The notes: generated by a model not told the origin, from the sequence alone. A stretch of 64,000 nucleotides of DNA from Candidatus Marinacidobacterium sp. (GCA_965204755.1 OZ242011.1:1824001-1888000); one strand, 5' to 3'; positions 23,700-34,043 are shown, counted from the first letter of the stretch. A program made the numbers and translations.

Positions 23700-24440
23700 G
23701 TGCGCTTCCTTCTTCTCCAAGTCCGGGCGCCGGGCGACCCGATGGCCGCGGAGGAGCAGTCGGCCTTCCGTCGCGCCCTGGGCGTCGCGCCGGATGCGGT
23801 CCGCCCCTTCGACCTGCTCTCCGGTGCCCCTTCGCCGCGGGAGTTCGCTGACGCCGACGCCGTCCTGATCGGCGGCAGCGGCGACTACTCGGTCGTGCGC
23901 GGCGGCGCCTGGCTCCCCGCCGCGCTCTCGGCGATGGAGACCCTGTTCGAAACCGCGAAGCCCACCTTCGCCTCCTGCTGGGGCTTCCAGGCGCTCGCCC
24001 GCGCCCTCGGCGGCCGCGTCGTCACCGACCACGCCCGCGCCGAAGTCGGCGTCCTCCCGCTCCACCTGACCGAAGCCGGCCTCCGCGACCCGGTGTTCGG
24101 CCCCATCGGCACCCCGTTCCACGCGGTCATCGGCCACGAAGACATCGTGGACGAACTCCCCCCCGGCGCGGTCTCGCTGGCGTCGAGCGACAACCTCCCG
24201 AACGAAGCCTTCACTTTCCCGGACAAACCGATCTACGCCACCCAGTTCCACCCCGAACTCGTCCGCGAAGACCTGGTCCGCCGCCTCGCCGCCTACCCCC
24301 CCTACCTGACCCTCGCCGGCGCCTCCAGCCTCGACGACTTCCGCGCCGCCAACCCCGAAACCGCCGACACCGCGTCCCTGCTGCGCCGTTTCGCGGCGGG
24401 AACCCGAACCCGGAGAGCCCCGCCCGCCAACCCTCGATAA
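23700..24440 (+). CDS. Class I glutamine amidotransferase
   Basis: GGSG, SCWGFQ catalytic Cys, QFHPE. Confidence 0.9.
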   Translation: MRFLLLQVRAPGDPMAAEEQSAFRRALGVAPDAVRPFDLLSGAPSPREFADADAVLIGGSGDYSVVRGGAWLPAALSAMETLFETAKPTFASCWGFQALARALGGRVVTDHARAEVGVLPLHLTEAGLRDPVFGPIGTPFHAVIGHEDIVDELPPGAVSLASSDNLPNEAFTFPDKPIYATQFHPELVREDLVRRLAAYPPYLTLAGASSLDDFRAANPETADTASLLRRFAAGTRTRRAPPANPR

Positions 24441-24528
24441 GACCGGTCGCCCGGATTCCGAGCACCTGAGTCCGGGCCCGGTCGGCGGCCGTTCGGGATT
24501 GGCGCCGGGGCGCCGGCTCGAAGACATA

Positions 24529-24560
24529 CGACGAAATTTGTCGCTCTCTTGATCTATCGT
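24529..24560 (+). promoter_or_regulatory. WYL/DriD-type box plus -10 (copy 1)
   Basis: CGAC gaaattt GTCG, N11, TATCGT. Confidence 0.7.
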
Positions 24561-24642
24561 TCCCGCCGCCGCCGGAAAGGGGGGTCGAGGTCGGCCCGTT
24601 GGGGGCTCTCCAGACGCTCCGAAGAGCGGCGAGGAAACGCCT

Positions 24643-24789
24643 ATGCGATACTGCCCTACAATGAACATCGTGCGGCTCGGCACCCGACTCCGGAGTGCGC
24701 CGCGCAGAACGACGAAAGAAGATATCCAGAGCGAGGCCGGCGCTTCCCGGCGGTCGAGCGGACGGAGAAGGGAGATGCCGTCGACATGA
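24643..24789 (+). CDS. 48-aa leader ORF homologous to the WYL N-terminal HTH region
   Basis: MRYCPTMNIVRLGTRLRSAPRRTTKEDIQSEAGASRR vs WYL start; stop overlaps the next ATG (ATGA). Confidence 0.55.
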   Translation: MRYCPTMNIVRLGTRLRSAPRRTTKEDIQSEAGASRRSSGRRREMPST

Positions 24790-25859
24790 GTACAACCGAT
24801 TCGTCGCCGCGGGAGAGCGGCCAGCGTTCGGCGACATCTGCCCCGGAGCGGGTGTCCGGACCGCAGACCGGCAGGAAACGGTCTTCCCTTCCAGTTTCCA
24901 CTTTTCGCGTCGCCGTTGCGATGTCGTTCGTGATCTACTGGATTTGGGGCGTCCTCACCTATCCGTTTTTCGACACCTTCGCCGACGATTTTCCGTTCGC
25001 GGACCGCGGCCCCGAGAGTCTCGCGTCTTCGGCGGTCGTGGTTGTGTTGTTCGCGGCCGTTGCCGTCGTGGGTTGGCTGAAGAACCGCGCGGAGTTTCGC
25101 CGCGCCGTCAAGGCCGTCGAGCAAGATCCGACATCCCGCATCTCGCCGCGAATACACCGGTTCCTCGAGAGGATAGATCCGACCTTCGCCCAACGGAAGG
25201 ACGGATGGAGTCGTCGCGCAGCCGAGTTCGTCGATGAAGATCTGGAGTCTCCCGACTCATTGCGAGAAGCAGTAAGCCAGTATTTCGCCAAGATCGCCCC
25301 GACGATGGCCTTTCTAACGTCGTCGAAGAAGAGGAAGATCGTCCGGCTTCGTGGCGCCATCGAGAGACTCCCCGAGTCAGTGCGAAGAAACGAAGCTCGC
25401 GAGTGGATGGCCCCGACTCGCAGCGCCTTCGAGATATTGTTTCTCGTCTTCATGCCGACTTATCTGGTCGTCAATGTGGCCGAGTGGATGGCCGGTCGAC
25501 CTTACTGGGGAGGGATCCGATTCGAGGCCTTCTTCGCATCGTTAGCCGTGACCTTCGTGTCGATCGTCATAGCGACTATCGTTCGTGTGCAACGAACGCG
25601 GAAGGACTTCGGCGAGTCGCTGGAGGGCGCATCCACCGTAGGCCTGTCAGGTCTCGCGATCGCGGAGGTGGTCGTCAATGGCCCGAGAAGCGTGGCGCAT
25701 TTCCTCGGCATGTGGTTGGCCCGCTTTTTCCTGCTTCTGAGAGTACGCAAGTGGACCACTACGATCGTGTTCGTTGGCACCCTGCTTCTTCTCTCACGAG
25801 CCTTCGTCGCTCTGTACTGCGTCATGCCTTGGACTTCACCCTGCACCACACTATTCTGA
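24786..25859 (+). CDS. Multi-pass membrane protein (paralog A)
   Basis: About 5-6 hydrophobic segments; shares KRKIVRLR, APTR and ASTVG with 33060-34043. Confidence 0.75.
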   Translation: MSTTDSSPRESGQRSATSAPERVSGPQTGRKRSSLPVSTFRVAVAMSFVIYWIWGVLTYPFFDTFADDFPFADRGPESLASSAVVVVLFAAVAVVGWLKNRAEFRRAVKAVEQDPTSRISPRIHRFLERIDPTFAQRKDGWSRRAAEFVDEDLESPDSLREAVSQYFAKIAPTMAFLTSSKKRKIVRLRGAIERLPESVRRNEAREWMAPTRSAFEILFLVFMPTYLVVNVAEWMAGRPYWGGIRFEAFFASLAVTFVSIVIATIVRVQRTRKDFGESLEGASTVGLSGLAIAEVVVNGPRSVAHFLGMWLARFFLLLRVRKWTTTIVFVGTLLLLSRAFVALYCVMPWTSPCTTLF

Positions 25860-25941
25860 ATTCTGAAGAAGCGCCCGCCGATGTCGTTGCCTTCGGGGCT
25901 CGTGCGAAGGAAGTGACGGATGTCGCCGGAGGTCGGACCAT

Positions 25942-27567
25942 TCACATGCCCCAGATGCGAATCGTCAGGGCCGCGCCCTCGGTCGGCGGCGAGTCCGGCG
26001 TGACCTCCCAAGTCCGCGGCGCCTCCGGGTCGGCCGTCCTCCGCACGGAGAGGGCTCGCTCGAAGATCCTCTCTTCCCAGGTCTTGTTCCCGGCGTCGTC
26101 GATCACGACGAGGTGACCCTCCTCGGCGTCGCAGCGGTCGAGATACCGCGCCGTCTGCGCCGCGCCCTCGCGGATGACCGTCTCGAGCGCGTCGTGTTCC
26201 CGGCGCACCTTGCACTCCACGACGAACCGCTGGAGCCGGTCGGACGCGCGCCATTCGATCAGCAGGTCGCTCCGACCCATTCCGAGGGCGTACTCCCGGA
26301 CGATTCGTCCCCCGGCGTTGACGATCCGCTGGAGGAACGCCTGCAGCAGCACCTGCACCGCCGCCTCCCGGAAAGAGAACCCCTGCGCCCACCACTCGGA
26401 GTGTTCGCGGAAGAACCCCTGGAACGCCGTCAGCAGTTTCGGGACATCCAGACTGCGGTCTGCGCGAAGGAACGGTGTGTTGTCCGCGCTGAGGCGCGGT
26501 TCCGCCGCCACCGACAGGAGTCGGGGCACGACTTCGCGGTATATCGGGTTCGCGATTTCGACTTCCCCGTTCGCCTTGGTCAGGCCGAGCGCCCGCACAT
26601 AGGCCAAGTCGGTCCGGTCCGTCGAGAGGAACCGGGCGCGGCCGGCGAGGATGGGTTCGATCACCCGACGCACGCGCGGTTCCTTCAGTCGGTCGGCGAA
26701 GTGCCGCAGGAGGATCGGGCTGTAGAGGATCAGTCGGTCCCGTGCGGCTGCCACGGCATCCCTCTCGATGGTCCGCGACCGATCCCGGCCGGCCTCGTTC
26801 TCGAAGCAGACATCTCTCGCCAGCGCGTTCACCAGCCACGGTTGGCCGGCGGTCGCGTCCCAGATCTCTTGGACAGCATCCGGAGCGAATCCCTGTCCGG
26901 TCTCCTGCGTGTGCTGACCAAAAAGCCCCTCGACTTCGCCTCGTGAGAAGTCCGGCAGCCGCAGCGACTCCGACACGATGTTGAACGAACCGGCGTCTCC
27001 CAGCGGATAGTCCCGCAGGTCCCGGAGGCCGCAGAGGACCACGCAGCGAGGGAAACGGCGCGGGCGGCGCGCGAAACGGGCGCGCAACTGGCTGAGCAGC
27101 GCGAACAGCGTGTCCGCGTCCAGGCCGTCCACTTCGTCGAGCAGCAGCACGAGGCGCTCACCGCCCGTCGTCTGCGCCCACCGCGCGAGCGACGCTCCGA
27201 TCGCATCCGCCGGGCCGCGCTTGTCGAGTTCTCCCGGCCAGATGCCATCCAGCGAATCGTCATCGAGACACGCGACAGCGGCCTCGCCGATCGCGCTCAA
27301 GACGCCGCGGACGGCCGCCTCCCGGCCTCCGCCCACCCTTCGCGCCGACTCGACGCTGGCGTACAGGGAGCGCCAACCCTCCGCAGCGAGGCGCTCCCGG
27401 AGCGCGCCGAGGACGGAGGTCTTGCCGGTCTGCCGGGGCGCGTGGAGGACGAAGTACGCGCGGCCTTCCACCAAGTCGAGGATCCGCGGGAGGTCCAGCC
27501 GGCCCAGCGGGGACACGGCGTAGTGGACTTCCGGGTCCACCGGCCCCGCCACGCTGAAACGCCGCAT
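25942..27567 (-). CDS. AAA-like ATPase with C-terminal PD-(D/E)XK-like domain
   Basis: HAPRQTGKT, LLLDEVD, GQPWLVN, GRSDLLI...VVECK. Confidence 0.85.
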   Translation of the reverse strand: MRRFSVAGPVDPEVHYAVSPLGRLDLPRILDLVEGRAYFVLHAPRQTGKTSVLGALRERLAAEGWRSLYASVESARRVGGGREAAVRGVLSAIGEAAVACLDDDSLDGIWPGELDKRGPADAIGASLARWAQTTGGERLVLLLDEVDGLDADTLFALLSQLRARFARRPRRFPRCVVLCGLRDLRDYPLGDAGSFNIVSESLRLPDFSRGEVEGLFGQHTQETGQGFAPDAVQEIWDATAGQPWLVNALARDVCFENEAGRDRSRTIERDAVAAARDRLILYSPILLRHFADRLKEPRVRRVIEPILAGRARFLSTDRTDLAYVRALGLTKANGEVEIANPIYREVVPRLLSVAAEPRLSADNTPFLRADRSLDVPKLLTAFQGFFREHSEWWAQGFSFREAAVQVLLQAFLQRIVNAGGRIVREYALGMGRSDLLIEWRASDRLQRFVVECKVRREHDALETVIREGAAQTARYLDRCDAEEGHLVVIDDAGNKTWEERIFERALSVRRTADPEAPRTWEVTPDSPPTEGAALTIRIWGM

Positions 27568-27807
27568 GCGTTGAGTATGGCCGGACCGCCGAGGAGGCGC
27601 GGGTTGCCGGAACGGCTCCGCCGCCCAGCCCGGCCCTGACCGCCCGGGCGCCCGGCCTCGCCGGGATCGAGACCCGAATTCGGCCTCGTGGGGCCCGCTC
27701 ACCGTCAATTTTCCGTCGTTCAACGGAGAACCCAGCGCGCCCGACCCCCGGCGGGCGAAATTCGGCGCCCTACCGAACCGAGCCCGCCGGAGGTCTCACC
27801 GAACACC

Positions 27808-30687
27808 ATGCACGAATACGACCGCGCCGCCGTTCGCGGCTACCTGTTGAACGCCGTCCGCGTCGCGCTGCGGAACCGCAAGGCCGCGGCGCGGCTGGCC
27901 GACTGGGTTCGCTCCAACCGCGGCGAACTGGACGAGGAGGGGATCGCGGACCTCTACGCCGTCTGCGAGACCCGCGAAGAACCCGACTCCGACCCGAACG
28001 GCTACCGAGGAATGGTTCGCGGCGGGTTCGAGTCGCCGCGCCGGGCGACCGATCGGGACCTCGCCTTCCTCTCCGAGGTCGCCGCCGCCCTCGCCGAGAC
28101 ACCGATCCTCACGCCCGGAGACGAACTCTTCTCGCGAAGCCCCACCGCTCGAGCAGCGCACCTGTTCGCGTCCCGGCTCGGATTCGACGGCGTTTCGGCT
28201 GCCGTGATCCACCTGGGTCATCTCCACGAAGAATCGGGAGTCGTCCAGAGTCTTTGGGACAACATCCACGAAAGCCGCAAGGACCCCGTCGCAACGACCG
28301 CGCTCCTGCTCGGCGCCGGTACGAAACCGGTGGACCACGCGCTGCTCGCGCTGCTCGAGGCCGGCATCTTCCGTCGCGATCGCTGGAATTCGTCGTCACT
28401 CGTCAGCAGTGTCACCGGCGGCATCGAGTCGATCTGGCAACCGCCGGTCGAGAACGACCGCCAACTCGTCGAACGCCTGCTCACGGGCCCCACCGAGCCG
28501 TCACTGGCGCTCGACCAGTTCTCCCACCTGCCGGACCGCGACGAAGCCGTCGCCCTCCTGGCCGGCGCCCTTCGGGACGCGGCCCCGGGAGTGAACCTCC
28601 TCCTGCACGGCCGCCCCGGGACCGGCAAGACCGAATTCGCCAAGACCCTGGCGGCCGCGGCGGGCGGTTGCCTCTACTCCATCGGCGAACCCGTGCCCGA
28701 CTCCGCTTCCTGGAAGCGTGACGGCGACCGGTGCCCCGAACTGCGCCGCGCCGACCTTCTCCTGAAGACGGAGCGGAAAGCGGTACTGCTCTGCGACGAA
28801 TCGGACGATGTCTTCGCCCCGCAGAGGCACGAAGAATCTCGCGATCGCCTCTTCCGGCTCCGGCTCCTCGAAGAGAACCGGACGCCCACGATCTACACGG
28901 CGAACCGAATCGACACCCTCGACGAGGCCGTGCTGCGCCGCTTCACGATCGCGCTGCGCTTCACCGCCCTCTCCCCGCGCCGGCGGACGACGATGTTTCG
29001 CCGAATGCTCGAAGAATCGAAACTTCCCGAACTGGAGGCCGCCGAAGCAAACCCGGAACTCGCAAATCGCCTGTCGGTCGAACTCGAAGCCCCGCCCGGA
29101 GTCGTGGAACGGGCGATCCTCGCCACCCGACTCACCGGAGGCGGAAAAGCCGCCCTGTTCCGCCACGCGGAGCGCCTAGAACGCACGATCTCCGGCGTAC
29201 GCGCGATCCCCCGGCTGGGCGCCCCCGTCCGGCCGAAGCACCCGTGGGCCGCTTTCTCCCACCTCGGCGCGGACGCCGAAGATGCCCGGCGCTCGCTGGC
29301 CGCCGCCGTCTTCGGAGAGCGCGGCGAAACGCCCGAAGAACCGCGCAAGGGAGTGAACTTCCTCTTCTACGGCCCTCCCGGCACCGGCAAAACGGAGTTC
29401 GCCGCGACGCTCTGCGCCGAGATCGGCGCCTGCCTCTATTCCGTCGGTCAGCGGGAGTTCGGCCCCGACGCTCGCGTAGCGGCCGACCGCTGGGAGTGTC
29501 TCGAATACGCGCTGGAATCGCTCGCCGACGAACCGGGCGCGGTAATCCTCTTCGACGAGATGGAGGACCTCCCGGGTATGCCGAAACACTGGATGAACCG
29601 CGTCCTCGAAGAGAACCGGACGCCGATCCTCTGGGCCTGCAACGCGACGGACTACTACCGAGCGTGCGAACCCTTCTTCCTCGACCGGATGCTCCTCTCC
29701 GTGGAATTCCGCTCGCTGCCCCCGCCCGCGAAACGGGAAATCTACGAAGGAATCGTCTTGAAGCGCGGCGTCGCGGACGAGACCTCCGCGGCGCTCGCCG
29801 ACGAGTTCTCCCGGATGCCCGATGTGACCCCGCGCCAGGTAACTCTCGCTTCCGCCTGGCCGGCGGTGGAAGACGGCGACGCCGACGGCATCCGCCGCAA
29901 CCTCGACCGGAAGCGCCGCCTGCGCCGCGGCGCCCCGCCGGCGTCACTCCCGAAGCCGGCCCTCTACGACCCGAAACTCCTCCGCGCCGACTGCGACCTC
30001 CTCGAACTTGCCGACCGGATCGTCCGCTGCGGCCCCCGTCGAATGGGGCTCCTCTTCTCCGGCCCGCCCGGAACCGGGAAGACCGAGTTCGTCCGCCACC
30101 TGGCGAAGCGCTGGGATCGGGAGATCCTGCCGCGCCGCGCTTCGGACCTGCTCGACCGGTATGTCGGGGAGAGCGAGAAGAACATCGCCCGCGCCTTCGC
30201 CGAGGCCCGCGACCTGGACGCGATCCTCGTGCTCGACGAAGCGGACTCGCTGCTGGCCGACCGGCGCGCGGCGCAACACCGCTGGGAACTCGGCCAGGTG
30301 AACGAACTGCTCGGCCAGATGGAGGCGCACCCGCTGCCGTTCGCCTGCACCACGAACTTCGCTGACGCGCTCGATCCGGCTGCCGCGCGGCGCTTCCTGT
30401 TCCGCGCCGAGTTCCGCTGTCTCGACCGCGCCGGCATCGCCCGGGCCTTCCGCCTGTTCTTCGAAGCGGACGCGCCGCCGGAAGCGCTCGCCCTCGAAGG
30501 TCTCACTCCCGCCGACTTCGCGAATGCCCGCGAACGCGCCATCGTCCTCGGCTTCCGGGACGAGCCCGCTCGCATCGTCGAGGACTTGCGCCGCGAGGGC
30601 CGAGCCAAGGGCGGGCCGGAGAGGCCGATCGGGTTCGCTTCCGCCACTTCCGGTCGGCGGTCGCTCCCCGTGACCCCGCCGGCGTGA
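27808..30687 (+). CDS. AAA+ ATPase with three tandem ATPase modules
   Basis: HGRPGTGKT/LCDE, YGPPGTGKT/LFDE, SGPPGTGKT/VLDEAD; RBS GGAGGT. Confidence 0.88.
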   Translation: MHEYDRAAVRGYLLNAVRVALRNRKAAARLADWVRSNRGELDEEGIADLYAVCETREEPDSDPNGYRGMVRGGFESPRRATDRDLAFLSEVAAALAETPILTPGDELFSRSPTARAAHLFASRLGFDGVSAAVIHLGHLHEESGVVQSLWDNIHESRKDPVATTALLLGAGTKPVDHALLALLEAGIFRRDRWNSSSLVSSVTGGIESIWQPPVENDRQLVERLLTGPTEPSLALDQFSHLPDRDEAVALLAGALRDAAPGVNLLLHGRPGTGKTEFAKTLAAAAGGCLYSIGEPVPDSASWKRDGDRCPELRRADLLLKTERKAVLLCDESDDVFAPQRHEESRDRLFRLRLLEENRTPTIYTANRIDTLDEAVLRRFTIALRFTALSPRRRTTMFRRMLEESKLPELEAAEANPELANRLSVELEAPPGVVERAILATRLTGGGKAALFRHAERLERTISGVRAIPRLGAPVRPKHPWAAFSHLGADAEDARRSLAAAVFGERGETPEEPRKGVNFLFYGPPGTGKTEFAATLCAEIGACLYSVGQREFGPDARVAADRWECLEYALESLADEPGAVILFDEMEDLPGMPKHWMNRVLEENRTPILWACNATDYYRACEPFFLDRMLLSVEFRSLPPPAKREIYEGIVLKRGVADETSAALADEFSRMPDVTPRQVTLASAWPAVEDGDADGIRRNLDRKRRLRRGAPPASLPKPALYDPKLLRADCDLLELADRIVRCGPRRMGLLFSGPPGTGKTEFVRHLAKRWDREILPRRASDLLDRYVGESEKNIARAFAEARDLDAILVLDEADSLLADRRAAQHRWELGQVNELLGQMEAHPLPFACTTNFADALDPAAARRFLFRAEFRCLDRAGIARAFRLFFEADAPPEALALEGLTPADFANARERAIVLGFRDEPARIVEDLRREGRAKGGPERPIGFASATSGRRSLPVTPPA

Positions 30688-30722
30688 CCGAAACCACTTT
30701 CCTCGAATGAGCGCCCGAACCG

Positions 30723-30754
30723 CGACCGCTTCTGACGCAGCGACGGTGCAGGAT
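30723..30754 (+). promoter_or_regulatory. WYL/DriD-type box plus -10 (copy 2)
   Basis: CGAC cgcttct GACG, N11, CAGGAT. Confidence 0.5.
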
Positions 30755-30981
30755 TCGGGATGACGCGCCGCTCGGGAACGCCGCAACGCGATCGTGGCAA
30801 GCCCGCAACGGACGACCGATACCGATGCCATACGCCATAGACCGGTCGCGGCGAATCGCCGGGATCCGCCGACGAGAACGCCAACACGACCGCAGAAGAC
30901 GACCCCGATGAACGAATCCGCCCCCGCCGAACGGGGACACCCATTCCCTCCGTCACCGAATTACCGCCGAGGACGACTTCC

Positions 30982-31980
30982 ATGAACCACACCGACATCG
31001 CCACCGAACTGCCCGCCCCCGCCGCTCCGTCTCCGCGCGCGGCCGCCGATCCGCGCGACCGCTGCTTTTCCACGGGAAGAACCTACGGGCGGCGGCTCGA
31101 CTCCGGATGCCCGGACTGCGAACACCTTCCCGCTCCCGGCGCACGCGCCGGCGATACACCCCGGGTGATTCCGGCCTGCTCCACCTGTTTCCCGGCCGAT
31201 ACGGAACGAAGCGACTACGAATTCACCTTCGAGACTCCCGCCTTCGGCGACTGGATGGAGCGGGATATGGAGAGGGCGTGCCTCCGCTGCGGCGAGCGCG
31301 ACAATCCTCCCTACGGCGTCCTCCGCTGGCGCGGCCGCGCCGCCCCGCCGCGCTGCGACTGCGAGTTGCGCTGGACGGCCGCCGCCACCGCGTGGACGAG
31401 CGCCGCCGGGCTCCTCGTCCTCCCCCGCGGCGCCGCCGTCCCGACCGGCGACGGCCCGCAGGGCGGCCCCGTTCCGGTCCGCGTCTCGCTCTGGAAACGC
31501 GCCGAATACCGAGCCGCCTCCGCCCTCTTCCCCGACCCGGACACCGCCCGGCTCGCGGCGGTCACCGTGGATGCCGAAGGCGCGGTCCTCGAAGTCCGCG
31601 AAGCCGCCTTCCCGGAGAGTCTCGGCGACAGCGCCGAACCCACGCTCGCCGCGCCCGGCCCGATCCTCACCGTCGCCGCCATCCGTCCCGACCGCGCCGA
31701 GGCGCGAAAGGCGGCCCACCACCGCCTCGCCATCGCGCGAAGGCGCGCCCCGCAGCGCCTCGACCTGGACTTCCCGCTGGACCTCCCGCTCGTCGCGCCC
31801 GACCACGAGTTCTCCGACCGAGGCCCCGCCCTCCGTTTCGAGAACTGGCCCGCCGCGCTCGCCGGCGACTGGACGGCGTATTCCGCCACGCGCTTCGACG
31901 ACTCCCGGCTCCTGACCGCGGAACGCCCCGGCCGCCACACCTGCGCGGCGTGCGTCCCGGCCCCGAAGGAGTCGCCATAG
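30982..31980 (+). CDS. Hypothetical Cys-rich (putative multi-zinc-ribbon) protein
   Basis: CPDC, CSTC, CLRC, CDC, CAAC; RBS GAGGA. Confidence 0.65.
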   Translation: MNHTDIATELPAPAAPSPRAAADPRDRCFSTGRTYGRRLDSGCPDCEHLPAPGARAGDTPRVIPACSTCFPADTERSDYEFTFETPAFGDWMERDMERACLRCGERDNPPYGVLRWRGRAAPPRCDCELRWTAAATAWTSAAGLLVLPRGAAVPTGDGPQGGPVPVRVSLWKRAEYRAASALFPDPDTARLAAVTVDAEGAVLEVREAAFPESLGDSAEPTLAAPGPILTVAAIRPDRAEARKAAHHRLAIARRRAPQRLDLDFPLDLPLVAPDHEFSDRGPALRFENWPAALAGDWTAYSATRFDDSRLLTAERPGRHTCAACVPAPKESP

Positions 31981-32072
31981 CGCGCCTTCCTTCCCGCCAG
32001 CCGTCCCCGCCGAACGGTCCACGACCGAGACGAGAATTCGAAGAAAACGCCACAAGAGGAGGCCAAAACACG

Positions 32073-32402
32073 ATGTGGAAGACCATCACCAAGACCATCC
32101 GCAATCTCCTGCTCAACGCCCTCGCCATACCGAGTATTCTGCTTGGTGTGATCTGCTTGATTACTTGGCTGACAGTGATTGTCGTAGTAACCGGCACTTG
32201 GATAATTTCGGTTGTCGCATTGACCGGCGCGATCCTCATCGTTGCGTCGCCGCCCGGTTTCCTGCTCGCCATGGCCGTGGCGTACGAAAAGGGACGCAAG
32301 GAACGCAAGAAGCGCAAGCGCAAGGCCGAGAAGAAGCGTCGCACCGCTCGGGCTCTGCCCATCAGTCCGGACTACGCCGCGGCGGACGGCGAACACCAAT
32401 GA
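32073..32402 (+). CDS. Small membrane protein with basic tail
   Basis: MWKTITKTIRNLLL start after GAGGAGG; long hydrophobic stretch, KRKRK tail. Confidence 0.7.
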   Translation: MWKTITKTIRNLLLNALAIPSILLGVICLITWLTVIVVVTGTWIISVVALTGAILIVASPPGFLLAMAVAYEKGRKERKKRKRKAEKKRRTARALPISPDYAAADGEHQ

Positions 32403-32475
32403 GCGGGCAGGCCGGACATCCGCGACTGTCCCTCGACCAGCGAGTCGCAGCACGACCATCGAAACGAGGTGCATC

Positions 32476-32745
32476 TTGGACCTGATCGGCCTCATACTGG
32501 GATGGTTCTTCTTGGGTTTCCTCGACGAGAACTATCCCAGATTCTTCAAATGGGTCTTTCTTCCTCTGGCTCTCTGGGTCTCTATTGCCCTTGTTGTCAG
32601 TTGTGTTGATGACTTGCTACACCACGATGCCGTAGAGAGTGTTGATTGCGGCAACCCGGATGTCCGATGTATCAACGGGCCCCACTCGGTTGACTGCAGC
32701 GCCCCGGCGATCCGGTGCATCAACACTGACGGCGACCTACCGTGA
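32476..32745 (+). CDS. Small membrane protein with two SVDCxxPxxRCIN repeats
   Basis: TTG after GAGGT; two hydrophobic segments; Cys-containing repeat. Confidence 0.6.
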   Translation: MDLIGLILGWFFLGFLDENYPRFFKWVFLPLALWVSIALVVSCVDDLLHHDAVESVDCGNPDVRCINGPHSVDCSAPAIRCINTDGDLP

Positions 32746-32802
32746 CCTCGACCACGGAGAGTCGCGTCCGAACGGAGTCTCGATGGCGGATTGGAAGACA
32801 TA

Positions 32803-32834
32803 CGACGGAATCTGTCGCCCTGTCGATCTATCGT
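32803..32834 (+). promoter_or_regulatory. WYL/DriD-type box plus -10 (copy 3)
   Basis: CGAC ggaatct GTCG, N11, TATCGT. Confidence 0.7.
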
Positions 32835-32916
32835 TCCCTTGCCGCCGGACGATGTGTGTCGAAATCGGCCGGTCGAGGGCCGGTCGGACGCTCCGACGGG
32901 CGGTGAGGAAACGAAC

Positions 32917-33063
32917 ATGCGGTATCGCTCTACGAAGAACATCGTGCGACTCGCCACCGAAGTCGGGTGTGTCCGGCACGGGATGACCAACGAGGATATC
33001 TGGAGTGAAGCCGCCGGCTTTCGGCGGCCGAGCGGACGGAGAAGGGAGACGCCTTCGACATGA
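32917..33063 (+). CDS. 48-aa leader ORF homologous to the WYL N-terminal HTH region
   Basis: MRYRSTKNIVRLATEV...; ATGA overlap with 33060. Confidence 0.55.
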   Translation: MRYRSTKNIVRLATEVGCVRHGMTNEDIWSEAAGFRRPSGRRRETPST

Positions 33064-34043
33064 GTACGCCGGATTCTCTGCCGCCGGAGAAGGCCCGGCC
33101 TTCCGCGGCCTCCGCTCCGGAAAAAGGTTTTCCGAGCGACGAGGCTCGAGCACTCGCGATGTCGCGGAGATGGTGGGTCTGCTTCGCGCTGTCCTTCGAG
33201 ATCTGGTGGGTCGGATTCGTCGCGCTCCACCCCTTCTACCCTTTCGTGGACACCGCCTTGACGCGGGCGGCGTGGGCCGCGGTTCCGGTTGCCTTGGTCG
33301 CGGCCCGTGCGGTCTTGGTGTGGGTGAGCCTTTACGAGACCATGCGTACTCTCGTGCGTGCTCTCGCTGAGAGCAAGCTGGCCGAGTCCGGTGCAGTGCA
33401 CCATTTTTGGCTTCTCATCCCGGGATTCCTCCTTGGCGGAGCGTTCTCGAAGCGCAAGATCGTGCGGCTGCGCCGCGCGGTCAAGCGAGTTCCCCGCTCA
33501 GCGCGAAAGCACCAGTTCCGTACATGGAGGGCTCCGACGCGAAACGCACTGTGGGCCTGGGGACTGATCTTCTATCCGGCTTGGTTCGTGATCGGTGCGG
33601 TGCAGGCTGTAATCGGCCGAGATCATGTGACAGGAGTCCTCGAGATATTCGGTGCGTCGGTCGGTGTGGCGGTCATGGTCGTGGCCGCGCGGACGATCGT
33701 TCTCGTGCGGCGTGCGCGGAGGAAGTTCCGCGGCTCTCTGAACGACGCATCCACCGTAGGCGTGGCGGGCCTCGTGGTCGCGGAAGTCGTCGGCAACGCG
33801 CCGAGAAGGGTCGGCCGACGGCTGACCCGCCGCTATGTGCGGTATCTGACCTCGTTCTGGCGCACGAGGCTGCTGAATTTCTTGGCCCTTCTCTTTCTCG
33901 CAGCGATCATCCTCGCTTGGTTCGACTTCACGACACTGCTGAACCACCTCTCCCGGTTGTCTCCCGGTCTCGCGGTCCTCCTCATCTGGAGGCATCGAAA
34001 GGCCCGGAAGAAGGGCGCGGGGCGCACGAGAAAAAAGGATTGA
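33060..34043 (+). CDS. Multi-pass membrane protein (paralog B)
   Basis: Hydrophobic segments; homology to 24786-25859. Confidence 0.75.
   Translation: MSTPDSLPPEKARPSAASAPEKGFPSDEARALAMSRRWWVCFALSFEIWWVGFVALHPFYPFVDTALTRAAWAAVPVALVAARAVLVWVSLYETMRTLVRALAESKLAESGAVHHFWLLIPGFLLGGAFSKRKIVRLRRAVKRVPRSARKHQFRTWRAPTRNALWAWGLIFYPAWFVIGAVQAVIGRDHVTGVLEIFGASVGVAVMVVAARTIVLVRRARRKFRGSLNDASTVGVAGLVVAEVVGNAPRRVGRRLTRRYVRYLTSFWRTRLLNFLALLFLAAIILAWFDFTTLLNHLSRLSPGLAVLLIWRHRKARKKGAGRTRKKD

Noticed and set aside
27703-27718. Additional WYL box in the divergent AAA promoter (CGTC-N8-GTCG); similar at ~30833
   Set aside because: Spacer is 8 rather than 7 and there is no -10-like hexamer at the 11-nt distance
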